A stretch of 64,000 nucleotides of DNA from an uncultured Alphaproteobacteria bacterium (lineage in GTDB: Bacteria > Pseudomonadota > Alphaproteobacteria > Rhizobiales > Beijerinckiaceae): positions 30,557-94,556 of the forward strand of contig CAVQHH010000006.1 of the NCBI GenBank assembly GCA_963712225.1. Direction: 5' to 3'. How positions within the stretch are numbered: the stretch's first letter is position 1; the number at the start of each line of letters is the position of its first letter. Below are positions 28,865 to 39,675 of the stretch, one piece after another. The notes below the pieces were generated by a model. It was not told the origin of the DNA. It worked only from the letters and a program-made list of their open reading frames with translations, and searched no databases. The position numbers and the translations under genes were made by a program.

Positions 28865-30478
28865 TCAATGGCTCGTCGGCGCGCCGCCCCCCAGCTCGAC
28901 CTTCCGCAGGGCAAGCGCGAGCGGCACGGCCGCAAGCGAGACCAGCATCAGGACCCAGAAAACGTCCATATAGGCGAGCAGCGACGCCTGCGCCTGCACT
29001 TGCTGGCCGATCCAAGCGAAGGCCTGCTGCTGTGCTTGGAGAAGCGAGCTGCCCTGCCCGACGAAATAGTTCGTCATCTGGTGCAATGTGTCTTGATATT
29101 GGACGCTCGACGGCAGCGCCTGGTCGACGAGCATGTTCTGATGGAACTGCTCGCGGCGCCACAGCACGTTGTTGATCAGAGAGATGCCGATCGAGCCGCC
29201 GGTATTGCGCGCCGCGTTGATCAAGGCCGAGGCCTGGCCGGTCTTGTCGGGCGGGATGCCGTCGTATGACGCCGCGGTGATCGGAATAAACATTAGTGGG
29301 ACCCCGGCCGCAAACAGCATCCGGGAGCGCGCCATGAACCAGAAGCCGAGATCGCCGTAAACATTGGTCAAGTCGTACATTGACAGCGCGATGATCACGG
29401 CCCCGGCGGCGATCAGGTACTTCGGCTGGATCTTGCCCACCAGGCGGCCGGCGACGAACATCATCACCATGGCGACAACGCCGCCCGGCGAGACCATGAC
29501 GCCGGCCCAGGTCGCGGTGTAGCCGAAATCCTCCTGCACCAGCTCGGGAAGGAACTGGGTGGTTGCGAGCAGGAGGGCGCCGGTCGCCAGCATCACGAGA
29601 AAGCACGCGCCGAACTGACGCGTCGCCACCATCCGGACGTCGATCGTCGGATTGCGGCGGGTCATCTCCCACGGGATCATCAGCACGAAAGCGAGCACGC
29701 AGACGATCGCAACCGTGGTGATGAATGACGAGCCGAACCAGTCGTCCTCGAGCCCGCGGTCGAGCACGATTTCGAGCGCGCCGAGAAACGTCGCGACCAG
29801 GACGAAGCCGACAAGGTCGAACCCGTCCTTTTGCTGGAGCCACTTTCGCTGCTCCTCGACCGCCGCCTCGGAGTCGCGCACGACCAATGCGATCAGCGCG
29901 AGCGTCATCACCCCGACCGGACCATTGATCAGAAAGCACCAGTGCCAGGAGACATTGTCGGACAGCCAGCCGCCCAATGTCGGCCCGACCACCGGGGCCA
30001 CCGCGACGGCAACCCCGAACAGCGCAAAGGCCTGGCCGCGCTTCTCGGGCGGGAACGCATCCACCAGGATCGACGACGCGACCGGCACCATGCCTCCACC
30101 GCTGAAGCCTTGCATGATGCGGAACAGCAGCAGCAACTGCAGATTCCAGGCAATACCGCACAGCACCGAGCTCGCGGTGAACAGCGCCAGGCAGATCAGG
30201 AAGAAGGCCTTGCGGCCAAGCGTTTTGGCCAGAAACGCGCTGGCCGTCAGGACGATCGCGTTGGCGACCAGATAGGTGGTCACAACCCAGGATGCTTCGT
30301 CTTCGCTAACGCCAAGGCCGCCGGCGATGTAGCGCAGTGCTACGTTGGCGATCGTGGTGTCGAGGATCTCCATAAAGGTCGCGAGCGCCACCAGCACGGC
30401 GATCAGCCACGGATTGGCGCCCGCGCTGCTTGTAGCAGTGGGAGCGCTCATTTGGGTCGGGCCGGCGTTCAAAGCCAC
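28865..30478 (-). CDS. EmrB/QacA (DHA2) efflux MFS subunit
   Basis: FMEILDTTIANVAL, WVVTTYL, WHWCFLINGPVG, LDRGLEDDWF. Confidence 0.92.
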   Translation of the reverse strand: MALNAGPTQMSAPTATSSAGANPWLIAVLVALATFMEILDTTIANVALRYIAGGLGVSEDEASWVVTTYLVANAIVLTASAFLAKTLGRKAFFLICLALFTASSVLCGIAWNLQLLLLFRIMQGFSGGGMVPVASSILVDAFPPEKRGQAFALFGVAVAVAPVVGPTLGGWLSDNVSWHWCFLINGPVGVMTLALIALVVRDSEAAVEEQRKWLQQKDGFDLVGFVLVATFLGALEIVLDRGLEDDWFGSSFITTVAIVCVLAFVLMIPWEMTRRNPTIDVRMVATRQFGACFLVMLATGALLLATTQFLPELVQEDFGYTATWAGVMVSPGGVVAMVMMFVAGRLVGKIQPKYLIAAGAVIIALSMYDLTNVYGDLGFWFMARSRMLFAAGVPLMFIPITAASYDGIPPDKTGQASALINAARNTGGSIGISLINNVLWRREQFHQNMLVDQALPSSVQYQDTLHQMTNYFVGQGSSLLQAQQQAFAWIGQQVQAQASLLAYMDVFWVLMLVSLAAVPLALALRKVELGGGAPTSH

Positions 30479-31788
30479 GCCTCCAGCCGCTCCAGGAGCG
30501 AGGACGCGGGATCGATCCGCACCGTCGGGACCACCGACATTCCGGGCCCGAGCGCAACGTCGCTCGGCGGATCGTCCATGACGAGCTTGACCGGCACGCG
30601 CTGGACGATCTTGACGTAGTTGCCGGTGGCGTTCTCGACCGGCAATAGCGAGAAGGCGGTGCCGGATCCGGGCTGGACGCTGGCGATATGGCCGTGGATG
30701 GTGCGTTCCGGATAAGCGTCGATCTCGAGCGTCACCGGCTGTCCGGGCCGCATGGCGTCGAGCTGATGCTCCTTGAAGTTCGCCGTGACCCAGATGTCGT
30801 CCGGCACGAACATCGTCAAGTTTGTGCCCGGCTGCGCGAACTCACCGACTGCGGCGCTGAGGTGGACGACACGCCCTGGCCGGTCTGCAGTAACAATGGT
30901 GTGGGAAAGGTCCAGTTGCGCCTGGTCGCGTTGAGCCTTGCGCAAGCCGAGGTTCGCGACCGCGCTGTCGCGTTGTGCCTTCAGCGACTCGATTTGTCGC
31001 TGCGCGAGCCTCAGGGTCGCTTGAGCACTCCCAAGCGCGGCCTGCTGCTGATTGAGCTGCGAGGTAGTCCGCTGGGCGTTCTGAACGCTGCCGGAGCCGG
31101 TCTGCGCCAGACGCTGGTAGCGCGCCGCCTCCTGCTGTGCGAATACCAGCGCCGCCTGCACTTGCTCCACCTGTGCTTGGTCAGCATTGATTTGCGCCTG
31201 CTGCACGCTGATCTGCGCATCGATATTCTCGATATTGGCCTCGGCGGCGGCTACCTGCGCCTGCGCCTGGGCGAGCGCGATGCGATAGTCGCGTTCGTCG
31301 ATGCGCACAATCACGCCGCCAGCGGGGACGTGCTGGTTATCGGTCACGAGCACGTCGGTGATATAGCCTGGCACCTTCGGCGCGATGGCAAACTGCCGCG
31401 CCGCGATAAAGGCGTCGTCTGTTGTCTCGAAATGCTCAGCGTAATCCCAGTAGAGGTAGCCGGCCCCCGCCGCCAGGATAAAGAGAGGCAGCCCGACGAC
31501 GAAGGCATACGGGTGGCGCCGCAGGAGCCGCTTGCGAGGCGTGTCCTTGCGTTTTCGATCTAGCTCTAGATGCTGATCTTCGCGTCCCGGCGGCAATTTT
31601 ACAATGGGGCGCTCGTCGTCGGGGGGCTCCTGCGGCCTCGGCGCTCGGGCATGGAGGAAATCCTTGCCGGCATCTGCGGACGGTCGCTCGCCGATCAGCT
31701 TCCGAGATGAGGCTCCGGCTGACTGCGCATGCGAAAGCTCAAGCTGCGACTGCGCGCCTTGATCTCGCTCTTTTGCCTCTAAAAACAT
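30469..31788 (-). CDS. EmrA/HlyD-family membrane fusion protein
   Basis: ETTDDAFI, VTANFKE, GSGTAFSLLPVENATGNYVKIVQRVPVK; start uncertain. Confidence 0.92.
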   Translation of the reverse strand: MFLEAKERDQGAQSQLELSHAQSAGASSRKLIGERPSADAGKDFLHARAPRPQEPPDDERPIVKLPPGREDQHLELDRKRKDTPRKRLLRRHPYAFVVGLPLFILAAGAGYLYWDYAEHFETTDDAFIAARQFAIAPKVPGYITDVLVTDNQHVPAGGVIVRIDERDYRIALAQAQAQVAAAEANIENIDAQISVQQAQINADQAQVEQVQAALVFAQQEAARYQRLAQTGSGSVQNAQRTTSQLNQQQAALGSAQATLRLAQRQIESLKAQRDSAVANLGLRKAQRDQAQLDLSHTIVTADRPGRVVHLSAAVGEFAQPGTNLTMFVPDDIWVTANFKEHQLDAMRPGQPVTLEIDAYPERTIHGHIASVQPGSGTAFSLLPVENATGNYVKIVQRVPVKLVMDDPPSDVALGPGMSVVPTVRIDPASSLLERLEAWL

Positions 31789-32162
31789 CCTTCAAACTCG
31801 CGTCATCTCCCCACTGGCGTCGTCGGCCACGCGAGAATAGTCGCCGCAGCCGCTGGGCTTGGAGCCGTGGGCGACGCCTTTCCCAGCGTCGCCTACCAGG
31901 CAGCCCTCGGGGGCTATGACTTCACAATCCCGTGTTTCGACACGGCTGCTGACCCGGCTACTCCGTGACCGTGAGGCGCGCTCGCCGATCGGACAAAGCC
32001 GCTCGGGACGAGCCCGTTTTCTAGGTCCGAGCGAATTGAAGCACGTTGAAAATTTGTCTGATCACCTCCGAATGTGCGAATGGCCAAAACTCCTACCCCC
32101 ACTCTCCCTGGCACGGGTTCTCGTCGGACGCTTCACGCTCCTTTAGTTGCCATGCAAAGAAC

Positions 32163-32864
32163 CTAAAATGGTTGTGTGCTTACCCGCGGCGCTCGCCACA
32201 TCGTCCAGGTTAACGGCCCACCCGGCAATGTCTCGATCCCGTCCTGCAACATCTTAAAACCGAGACGAGCGTACAAAATGGCGGACCTGCGCTCCTGCGT
32301 TTCAAGATAAATCGGCCAACCCTTGTCGTCGGCTTCGTTCAACAGACCCTTGGCAAGAACGGTGCCGACACGTTCGCCCTGTCTTCCACCCAGAAAGTAG
32401 CCGTGACAGTGCGGCTCCTTGGGACGGAACCCGTTGAGCGTCGTCTGGGCGCGGAAAAGCTTCACAAGGCCCACGGGACTGACCGCAACAAGGCGCGCAT
32501 AATGCGGCAACAAACGCAAGATTTGGGATTTGGACATCGGATAGCAGCCGGGAGGATACCAGATGAGCATGCCGACGATTTTATGGCTGCATGCAACCTC
32601 CACTCGACCGAAGCGAATGGCGTCCTTGAGGACGGTGGTGAATAATGTCTGTAAAATCTTGCTCCGAGACGCGGCGTTAGGAAAAGCCAATCGAAACAAA
32701 GGATGTTCATCGAACGCGTAGGCGAGCATCGTAGTCGCTTCCTGTAGATCCGCACACGATAACGTCGTTAGTGTTCGAAGCTCGAACTTCGGTGGTATTA
32801 GCCTCCCTTCAGGTGGCGATGGAATTTCGACCATTTGGGGCATTGCCCGGAACCTCCCGCTCAT
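32163..32864 (-). CDS. GNAT-family N-acetyltransferase
   Basis: LAYAFDEHPLF, RQGERVGTVL, PIYLETQ, LYARLGF, TWTMWR. Confidence 0.75.
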   Translation of the reverse strand: MSGRFRAMPQMVEIPSPPEGRLIPPKFELRTLTTLSCADLQEATTMLAYAFDEHPLFRLAFPNAASRSKILQTLFTTVLKDAIRFGRVEVACSHKIVGMLIWYPPGCYPMSKSQILRLLPHYARLVAVSPVGLVKLFRAQTTLNGFRPKEPHCHGYFLGGRQGERVGTVLAKGLLNEADDKGWPIYLETQERRSAILYARLGFKMLQDGIETLPGGPLTWTMWRAPRVSTQPF

Positions 32865-33151
32865 CGCTTAAGGGTATAAAAAGAAGTTGCAAGGCGATCT
32901 CCAAACCGAGTTGGCCGATGCCGGCATCCAGATCGTCGCTGCGGGCGTAGCTCAGCAAAACGTCTAGCCCAACGTCACGCCCCATTCCGCTAGCCTGTCC
33001 TTGCGGCGACGCCAATTTTGGGCCGAAACGTCAGCGTCAGTCAAACTTTCCGCGCGCGCAACGTTTGTGGCGGGGCGTGATCAAGGAAGCCGCGACAATG
33101 CCGTTTGACGAGATCGCATCCGTTTTGCGGCAATTCTGGGAGTTGTACATT

Positions 33152-33193
33152 AGTGTTACCTGACCGAAAGCGAGTGTTACCTGACCGAAAGCG
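33152..33193. repeat. Perfect 21-bp tandem duplication
   Basis: agtgttacctgaccgaaagcg x2. Confidence 0.9.
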
Positions 33194-33218
33194 CTAGACG
33201 CCTCGAATAGATCTCTGG

Positions 33219-33800
33219 AGGTCATTGACACGTTAACGAGCCGGCGACAAGAAATGTCATCCCTAACGTCTCAATTTATGCTCCCGCGGCTGTCGCATCG
33301 CTCCAAGATTGATGGGCGGCGGTTCGAAATTGTCGATGCGTCGGACGGCTCATCAAATGCCGCATTGGACGTGTTGCAGACGGCCGAATTGACCGAAACG
33401 AAGCGCTGAGCAGATTTGGCTGATTTGAAGTCTTGCATCTTTCGTTCGCGTCGTCGAACCGGCTGATGCGAGTTCTCCGCGCGGGTGTTGGCGCGCAGTC
33501 CTTGCTCGTGCGAACCCGAAAAGCCAATTTCGCGAAGCGCCGCCCCGTAGGATCTCAGCTTGTCGGTGACGATACCCGTCGGAACGAAACCTGGTGACGA
33601 AGGAGTTTGCGGAGCAGCCGCAATGCCGCGACCTTGTCGCGTTGGGGCTGAACGAGAATTTCGAGAACCCCGCCTTCGCTGTCAACGGCACCCCCGCGCC
33701 TGCTCAACTTGACAACGCCCTTCAAATCAAGCAAATCGGGTCAGTGCTTCGTTCCCATCCATGGGGCGGTTTATAATACGTTCGACGTTCAACGGCATAT
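33219..33800. mobile_element. Cluster of IS6-family remnants in both orientations
   Basis: Minus strand AENSHQPVRRRERKMQDFKSAKSAQRF...RHLMSR; plus strand FKSSKSGQCF..HGAVYNTFDVQRH; IS6-like end caacttgacaacgcc near 33705. Confidence 0.75.
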
Positions 33801-33825
33801 TGGTAGGCCTAGGGAGCGGGTTTTT

Positions 33826-34353
33826 ATGCGGTTTCCTGTAGCTTGTTGCAAGATTTTTTATGCTTCCTGTGGTTTGGTCGCGTTTTCAAATGCCTACGCC
33901 GCATGCAAACCGGAAGGACCTCCTCTGACCCCGGAAATGGTCGACAATTTTTTGGATAAGCCGGAGATCGTCCTAGGCAATAATGCAAGCAGCAAGAGCG
34001 CGGCCTATGCTTTGAGCGTCTCCATCAGTCAATATGCGGCAGCAGATCAGGCTACGATTCGCGCTCTAAAGTCAATTCTGCCGAGCGCGACACTGCAGCA
34101 GCGGGTTGCGATCGGCCAGGGTCTCTATACGGCGGTGTTCTTCTGTCGGCCGATCGATCCGGCAATTGCCACCCGGATCGAGAGCGGTGTTAGATTGATA
34201 GGCGATAAAGATGTTATCCTCGCCTATCGGATCGCCGGGAATTTGTCCGATCCGCCCAGCGACATTTCCAAACCTAAAACTTTGTCAGGGTTCAAATCGG
34301 TCAAGCCTTCGGCGAGTGCGCCAGCGCTGATACGGAGATCCAACTCCCGGTAG
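33826..34353 (+). CDS. Hypothetical exported protein, upstream of the Wzc-like gene
   Basis: ATG after GGAG, signal-like N-terminus ending AYA-AC. Confidence 0.5.
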   Translation: MRFPVACCKIFYASCGLVAFSNAYAACKPEGPPLTPEMVDNFLDKPEIVLGNNASSKSAAYALSVSISQYAAADQATIRALKSILPSATLQQRVAIGQGLYTAVFFCRPIDPAIATRIESGVRLIGDKDVILAYRIAGNLSDPPSDISKPKTLSGFKSVKPSASAPALIRRSNSR

Positions 34354-34408
34354 TCTTGATCTTAAACTTAGAGATCCGTTCGGGTCGCCTGACGCTTGGC
34401 GGTAATTC

Positions 34409-36736
34409 ATGGACTTTCATTCCTCGTCGCGTCCCCTAAGGGTAGACAACGCAACATTGCGGCCGCGCAACGATGCCTTTTCTCTCCAGTCCGATAGCCC
34501 TTTTGCGTCCAGCGAAGGTCCAGCAATCGGTATTCCGGAAATTCTTGGGACCTTGCGCCGGCGGTGGCGTTTCCTCATCGTCGGATGCTTAATCGGGCTG
34601 ACGCTGGCGCTCGCCTATATCGCACTCGCAACACGACTGTATACGAGCACTGCGAGCATCTTGAGCGATACGAGGATGAACCAAAACTTGCAGACGCAAA
34701 AAATCGTCGAAGATAAGCCCCTCGATACATCAACGGTGAATAGTCAGGTCAAAATCTTTTCTTCGGAAAGTATTATTCTTCCTGTCATCAAGTCTATGAA
34801 TTTGGCCCATGATAGTGAATTTGTCGGTCCTCCAGATGCGCTCGGCGCACAGATTTTGTGGCAGATCACGAAACTTATAAACCGCGTCACGCAATCTCTC
34901 GGGTTGAAGGACGATAGAACGATCGACGCCGAAGCCTTTCTTGAGCGAACTGCTGTTGAAACTTTCCTTAAACGTCTGACAACTAGGCGCGAGGAACTTA
35001 GCTACGTTATCGATGTCGCTTTCGCGTCGGAAGATCCAAACAAGGCGGCCAGGATAGCCAATGCTGTTGCTGATGCCTATATCGCGGCCGATTTGGCGGC
35101 GAGAACTCAATCAACCAAAATGGCCAGCGAGTGGCTTCAGGACCGGTTAATCGAACTTAAGGTGCAAGCGACAGATGCCGATCAGGTATTGCAAAACTAT
35201 AAATCTACTAACAATATCGTTGATACAGGCCGAGGCTTGCTGAATCAACAGCAATTATCGGATCTGGACACTCAGCTAGTTAGTGCCAGGACAGAAATCG
35301 CCGAAGCCAAAGCACGGCTAGATCGCATCCGGCAGATCAGTAGCGATGGCATCCCGGATGCTACGGTGACGGATGCCTTGAACAACAGCGTCATTACCAG
35401 ACTCCGCGCGCAATATCTCGACTTAGCGGCGCGGGCGGCCGATCTCGCTTCCCGCCTTGGCCAAGGTCATATCACCGTAGTCAGGCTTCACGAGCAAATG
35501 GACGAGTTGCGCAAATCAATCCGAGGCGAGGAACAGCGAATTGCCGATGCCTATGCAAGTGATTATGAAATCGCCAAGGCGCGAGAGAAGTCCCTTACCG
35601 ATAGCATGTACAAATTAGTCGGCGAGGCGGGGGCAAGCAGTCAGGCTCAGGTCATGATGCGCGACCTGGAAAGTTCGGCTGATACCTATCGCAATCTATA
35701 CAACAGCTTCCTGCAAAAATTCCAGGAGACAATCCAGACGCAGACCATCCCGGTCACCGATACCCGTATCGTTACCAGGGCGACGCCGCCGTTATATAAG
35801 AGTTCCCCGAAGAGCGCGTTGGCGCTTGCGGGGGGGATCGTGCTCGGCCTGTTCATGGGCGCTGGCGCAGCCATAGCGCGAGAAATGACGCTCGACGTGT
35901 TTCGAACTTCAAACGAGGTCGAGCAAACCACCGGTATACGTTGTCTGGGTATTTTACCGATCGTAACAGGGAATCGGAAGCGGACGTTGTGGTTCGACGC
36001 GTGGACAAAATCGCTGCGCACCGGTCCGGATTTGACGGAAGGCATAGAGGAATTTGTTCTCGACGCGCCTTACTCGCGTTTCACAGAGACACTTCGCCAC
36101 GTTAAAGTATCGATCAATGCCGCCCAGCTCGTACGCGACGTCAAGGTGATCGGTGTCGTGTCTTCGGTGGCGAATGAAGGCAAGACGACCGTCGCGGCTA
36201 ATTTGGGAGCCCTCGTGGTCGCATCATCGGGGGCCCATACGCTCATTATTGATGGCGACTTCCATCAAAGGTCCCTGACTAGGATGTTGGCGCCCGATGC
36301 CCGTGAAGGGTTGATCGAAGCTCTTGGCGATCCATCTCGGCTTGCCACGCTAGTCTATCACAGGCAGCGCTCGCGGCTCGATGTTCTGCCATGTGTTCTC
36401 GAGAACCGCATTCCGAACGCCGCTGAGTTGCTCGCCTCGCCTCAAATGGAAAAGCTGCTGATCGCCGCCCGTGATGCCTACGATTACATTATAATCGAGC
36501 TTGCACCAATCGTTCCACTCGTGGATGTCAAAAAGATCGAGCGTTTCATCGATAGCTTCGTATTCGTCGTCGAGTGGGGGCGAAGCGAGCGAAGTCTCAT
36601 TCTAGAGGCACTTTCTAACACCGAGATCATTCGCGAGCGTATCACCGGCATCGTCCTCAATAAGGCAGATCCTGTCGCATTGCGGAGCATCGAGGCCTAC
36701 AAAGGCGATATGTTCAGCAGTCACTATGTAGGATGA
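34409..36736 (+). CDS. Wzc/ExoP-type polysaccharide co-polymerase with BY-kinase domain
   Basis: LRRRWR+TM, coiled-coil periplasmic part, SSVANEGKTT Walker A, LIIDGD, GIVLNK. Confidence 0.9.
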   Translation: MDFHSSSRPLRVDNATLRPRNDAFSLQSDSPFASSEGPAIGIPEILGTLRRRWRFLIVGCLIGLTLALAYIALATRLYTSTASILSDTRMNQNLQTQKIVEDKPLDTSTVNSQVKIFSSESIILPVIKSMNLAHDSEFVGPPDALGAQILWQITKLINRVTQSLGLKDDRTIDAEAFLERTAVETFLKRLTTRREELSYVIDVAFASEDPNKAARIANAVADAYIAADLAARTQSTKMASEWLQDRLIELKVQATDADQVLQNYKSTNNIVDTGRGLLNQQQLSDLDTQLVSARTEIAEAKARLDRIRQISSDGIPDATVTDALNNSVITRLRAQYLDLAARAADLASRLGQGHITVVRLHEQMDELRKSIRGEEQRIADAYASDYEIAKAREKSLTDSMYKLVGEAGASSQAQVMMRDLESSADTYRNLYNSFLQKFQETIQTQTIPVTDTRIVTRATPPLYKSSPKSALALAGGIVLGLFMGAGAAIAREMTLDVFRTSNEVEQTTGIRCLGILPIVTGNRKRTLWFDAWTKSLRTGPDLTEGIEEFVLDAPYSRFTETLRHVKVSINAAQLVRDVKVIGVVSSVANEGKTTVAANLGALVVASSGAHTLIIDGDFHQRSLTRMLAPDAREGLIEALGDPSRLATLVYHRQRSRLDVLPCVLENRIPNAAELLASPQMEKLLIAARDAYDYIIIELAPIVPLVDVKKIERFIDSFVFVVEWGRSERSLILEALSNTEIIRERITGIVLNKADPVALRSIEAYKGDMFSSHYVG

Positions 36737-36879
36737 TACTCGACGAAGCACCGATGCGGACGTTGTCACGGCGCTTCGGGCTTGCGGCCCGGCTGCCGCC
36801 CAACACCGTTCAGCGGGGGGTCGATTTGGCTATGGGCCGACGCCGGGCGAGACGACTCACTAGGGCCGTGGGAACTGGC

Positions 36880-37134
36880 CACGATGTCCTCGCCGAGCGG
36901 CTTCATGCTGAATATGGATTGCGCGTGACTTTCGAGACAAGCCGGTTTGCATTCGCGCGCTGGGTCGCGGCGAAGAGTCCGGCCGAACGCGACGTGTTTA
37001 TTCACGCGCACTCGGCGTCCATGGCGCGCGATCTCGACGGCGCGGCGGTCTTCCTGGCCGCCTCGGCCTTCGACCTCGAATATGAGCAGGATAAATGGCC
37101 GGAAATCGTCTTTTCGGACATCAAGGGTAATTAG
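36880..37134 (+). pseudogene. prfC: C-terminal fragment of peptide chain release factor 3
   Basis: DVLAERLHAEYGLRVTFE..FAFARWV...ARDLDGAAVFLA...WPEIVFSDIK resembles the alphaproteobacterial RF3 C-terminus; GTPase part absent. Confidence 0.72.
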
Positions 37135-37325
37135 CGCGATCTCGCCAGATCGTTGTCAAGCACAGATCCGATTGCTGAGCGATGCCAACCGCCCAGGTGA
37201 ACCGCCGGCCGCGCCGGATCCGCGGGCGGCCGCAGAGCTTGGCCCAGATGCGGGTCGGCGTGCCTTGGCTTTCCGACCCGAGCGGAATGCGCCAAGGGTT
37301 CCAGCGCAAGAAAGCGCCTTAATCG

Positions 37326-39234
37326 TCAGCGATCCAGCGGCCAAATCGCGGCCGAATCCTTTGCACGCGCGACGGCCTGCGCACGCAGCGCGCCGGTCGG
37401 ATCATAGGTTCCTTGGACCGTGTAGGCATACCCGGGCACCAGGACACCGATTTGCTTCCTACGAAGAGCTTCCAAATCATCCACCCGCGCGATTTTACCG
37501 GCGCGAGTTCGGAGCGTGAGCACCGGTCCGTCGACATGTTCGAGAACCCCGGTGATTTCATGAGGAGGCTTAGGGGTATTGAGCGCCGCCGCCTGGGCCG
37601 CGGCGGCCGCGCGCGCGACAAACGGATGCCCGCCGAGGCCGAAAATCGTCAGCTGTTGATTGCTCGCCACAAAGACGTGTCCATTCGCCACGAGCGGCAC
37701 GATATTGGCGTTGCCTCCGGTGTTGCCCCATGATCCCGCCGGCGAGGAAAACAGCAACGGGAGCATTCCACTCGAAGGCGTCGCCGCGAAGGCATAAAGA
37801 TTGACCGCGGCAGGGTTAGGATCGATCGGTCGCCCGGTCGCCCATATGATGGCGGTCCCAGCTTGTGTGCCGTTCGAGGAAACCGTCGTAAAGGTTCCAG
37901 GGTCCTGGCCGCTCGCGACAGGGGGCGCAGCCCCTTCGAGGACCAATGCAACCGTGGGCGAGGTCTGTACGGTCCAGACGGCGATTTGGGCGCTGTTCGG
38001 GCCGCCGCCGCCGCTGCTTACGACACGCCCGACCCCGTCTGGACCGGTGAAATAGGACGGCCCGCACCAGCACGGCCCTATGAATTTTGTGTCGAGAACG
38101 TTGTCGGTGCCTCCAGGCGTAAATCCACCCAAGCTGGCGCGATTGAGCAAATACATCGTTCCAAATTTGCCGGCGGCCACCGCCAGCTTCCGAAACGGAC
38201 CGGGCTCGGGTGGCAAGAGGAGCACGCCCCCTGACCCAAAGTCGGTATCTGATTGGTCCAAAAAATCTTCGTTCGATGGCGTGAATATGCCGAGAAGATT
38301 TACGAGTTGCGGGTCGACCTTCACCACGCTCTCTTGAATATTGCTGCACTCCATCGTAGTTGCCGGGCCCGGAGTTGCCGGTCGAAAAAAACAAGTTCCC
38401 ACCGTTGGGGGCGGCGGCGATGCCATAGCCAGACATCCAAATGGACGACAAGAAAAAGCTCCCGGTAGCGAGCGTGTCAGTCAGCGTGTTCGCCGCGAGC
38501 GGAGCTAGCGTGCTGGCCTGCCATCCCAAGAGCCAGCCACGCGACTGGTCGGCGGCGAAATCGCAGAAACTGGCAAATCCGGCGTAAATAATGCCGGATG
38601 ACTCGAGCAGCGCTGCCCGCTGTCGTTGAAATTGAGCGTTGAAATTGTAGGTCGTGCCATCGCTCAGCGTATGCGACGCGGCAACCGTGACCGGCGCAAT
38701 TTTGTCGGTCAAATCGCTCAGATTGAGGGCAAAAACCTGATAGGTTGGGATACCGCTCATCAATGTATAGGCGACGACATATAATGCCTGCGCCGCCACA
38801 TCGATGACTGGAGTACTGTTGATTCCGACATTCGGACCATTATTGCCGCATCCAAGAGGCACGGGAACCGGAGTTCCGAGGTTTCTGCTAAGCAGCACCG
38901 CGCCATTGGATGCGCTGATCGCATAGATCGTATTGGCTTCGGTGGCGACATAAACGACTTGATACGCTCCTGGCGTGGGACCGGCGGTGATCTGTTGGTT
39001 TGGAACGACAAGGGGTTGTGCATCGACTTGATCGTCAAGCACGACCTCGGCGAGCACGCCAAACGATGGGCTTCCGACATTTGCCGGGGTCAGCTTTGTT
39101 TCGTTGCCGTTCCAGCCGGTCCGCTGATTATCGTAATGGTAGGTCGCAACCGCCCGTTTCTGGGCCATGGCGGGGGCTGTTGCGACGGCTACTGCACCAA
39201 ATAGCGTCAAGCCAATGATCGCGGAACATTTCAT
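37326..39234 (-). CDS. Secreted PQQ-like beta-propeller protein, split by a frameshift near 38340
   Basis: Signal peptide, TYHYDNQRTGWNGNE, QRQRAALL, IWMSGYG in ORF 37816..39234; continues DTDFGSGGVLLLP, AAGKFG in ORF 37326..38426. Confidence 0.75.
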
Positions 39235-39245
39235 GACTTTGCTCC

Positions 39246-39289
39246 TTATATAGGACCTTTATTCCAATTATATAGGACCTTTATTCCAA
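39246..39289. repeat. Perfect 22-bp tandem duplication just upstream of the beta-propeller gene
   Basis: ttatataggacctttattccaa x2. Confidence 0.9.
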
Positions 39290-39603
39290 GTCCCTGAGAG
39301 ATACTATAGGATGATTTTTGTCTCTTCACTATGTTTTATATTCCTGTTCGCAGTATTCTTCCATCACTTCGCGTCGCCTCGGTATCTCCTCCCGCCCGCT
39401 CGGCCGCGATCAGCGCCAAACTCGAGGCCTCCGATTGAAAGGTGTCGCTTGACCGGACTCGGAGCTCCCCGAAGAGCTCCCCAAAAAGTGCCCGGACCGC
39501 CGGTGCAAAGGATCGCCGCCGGTAAAAAATCGCCTCCATGCCGGCAAAGCTCCTCTGTCTCACCCGCCTGATCCTAAAACGCTTCCTACGTGTCAATCGC
39601 GCC

Positions 39604-39637
39604 AAAAAAATGCCCGCGCGAAATTTTCCGCGCGAGC
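39604..39637 (-). terminator. Rho-independent terminator after rpsA
   Basis: Minus strand GCTCGCGCG-N8-CGCGCGGGC followed by ATTTTTTT. Confidence 0.7.
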
Positions 39638-39675
39638 TTGAAGATGCCGGCCGCACAGGCGGCCCGCTTTCCGCT

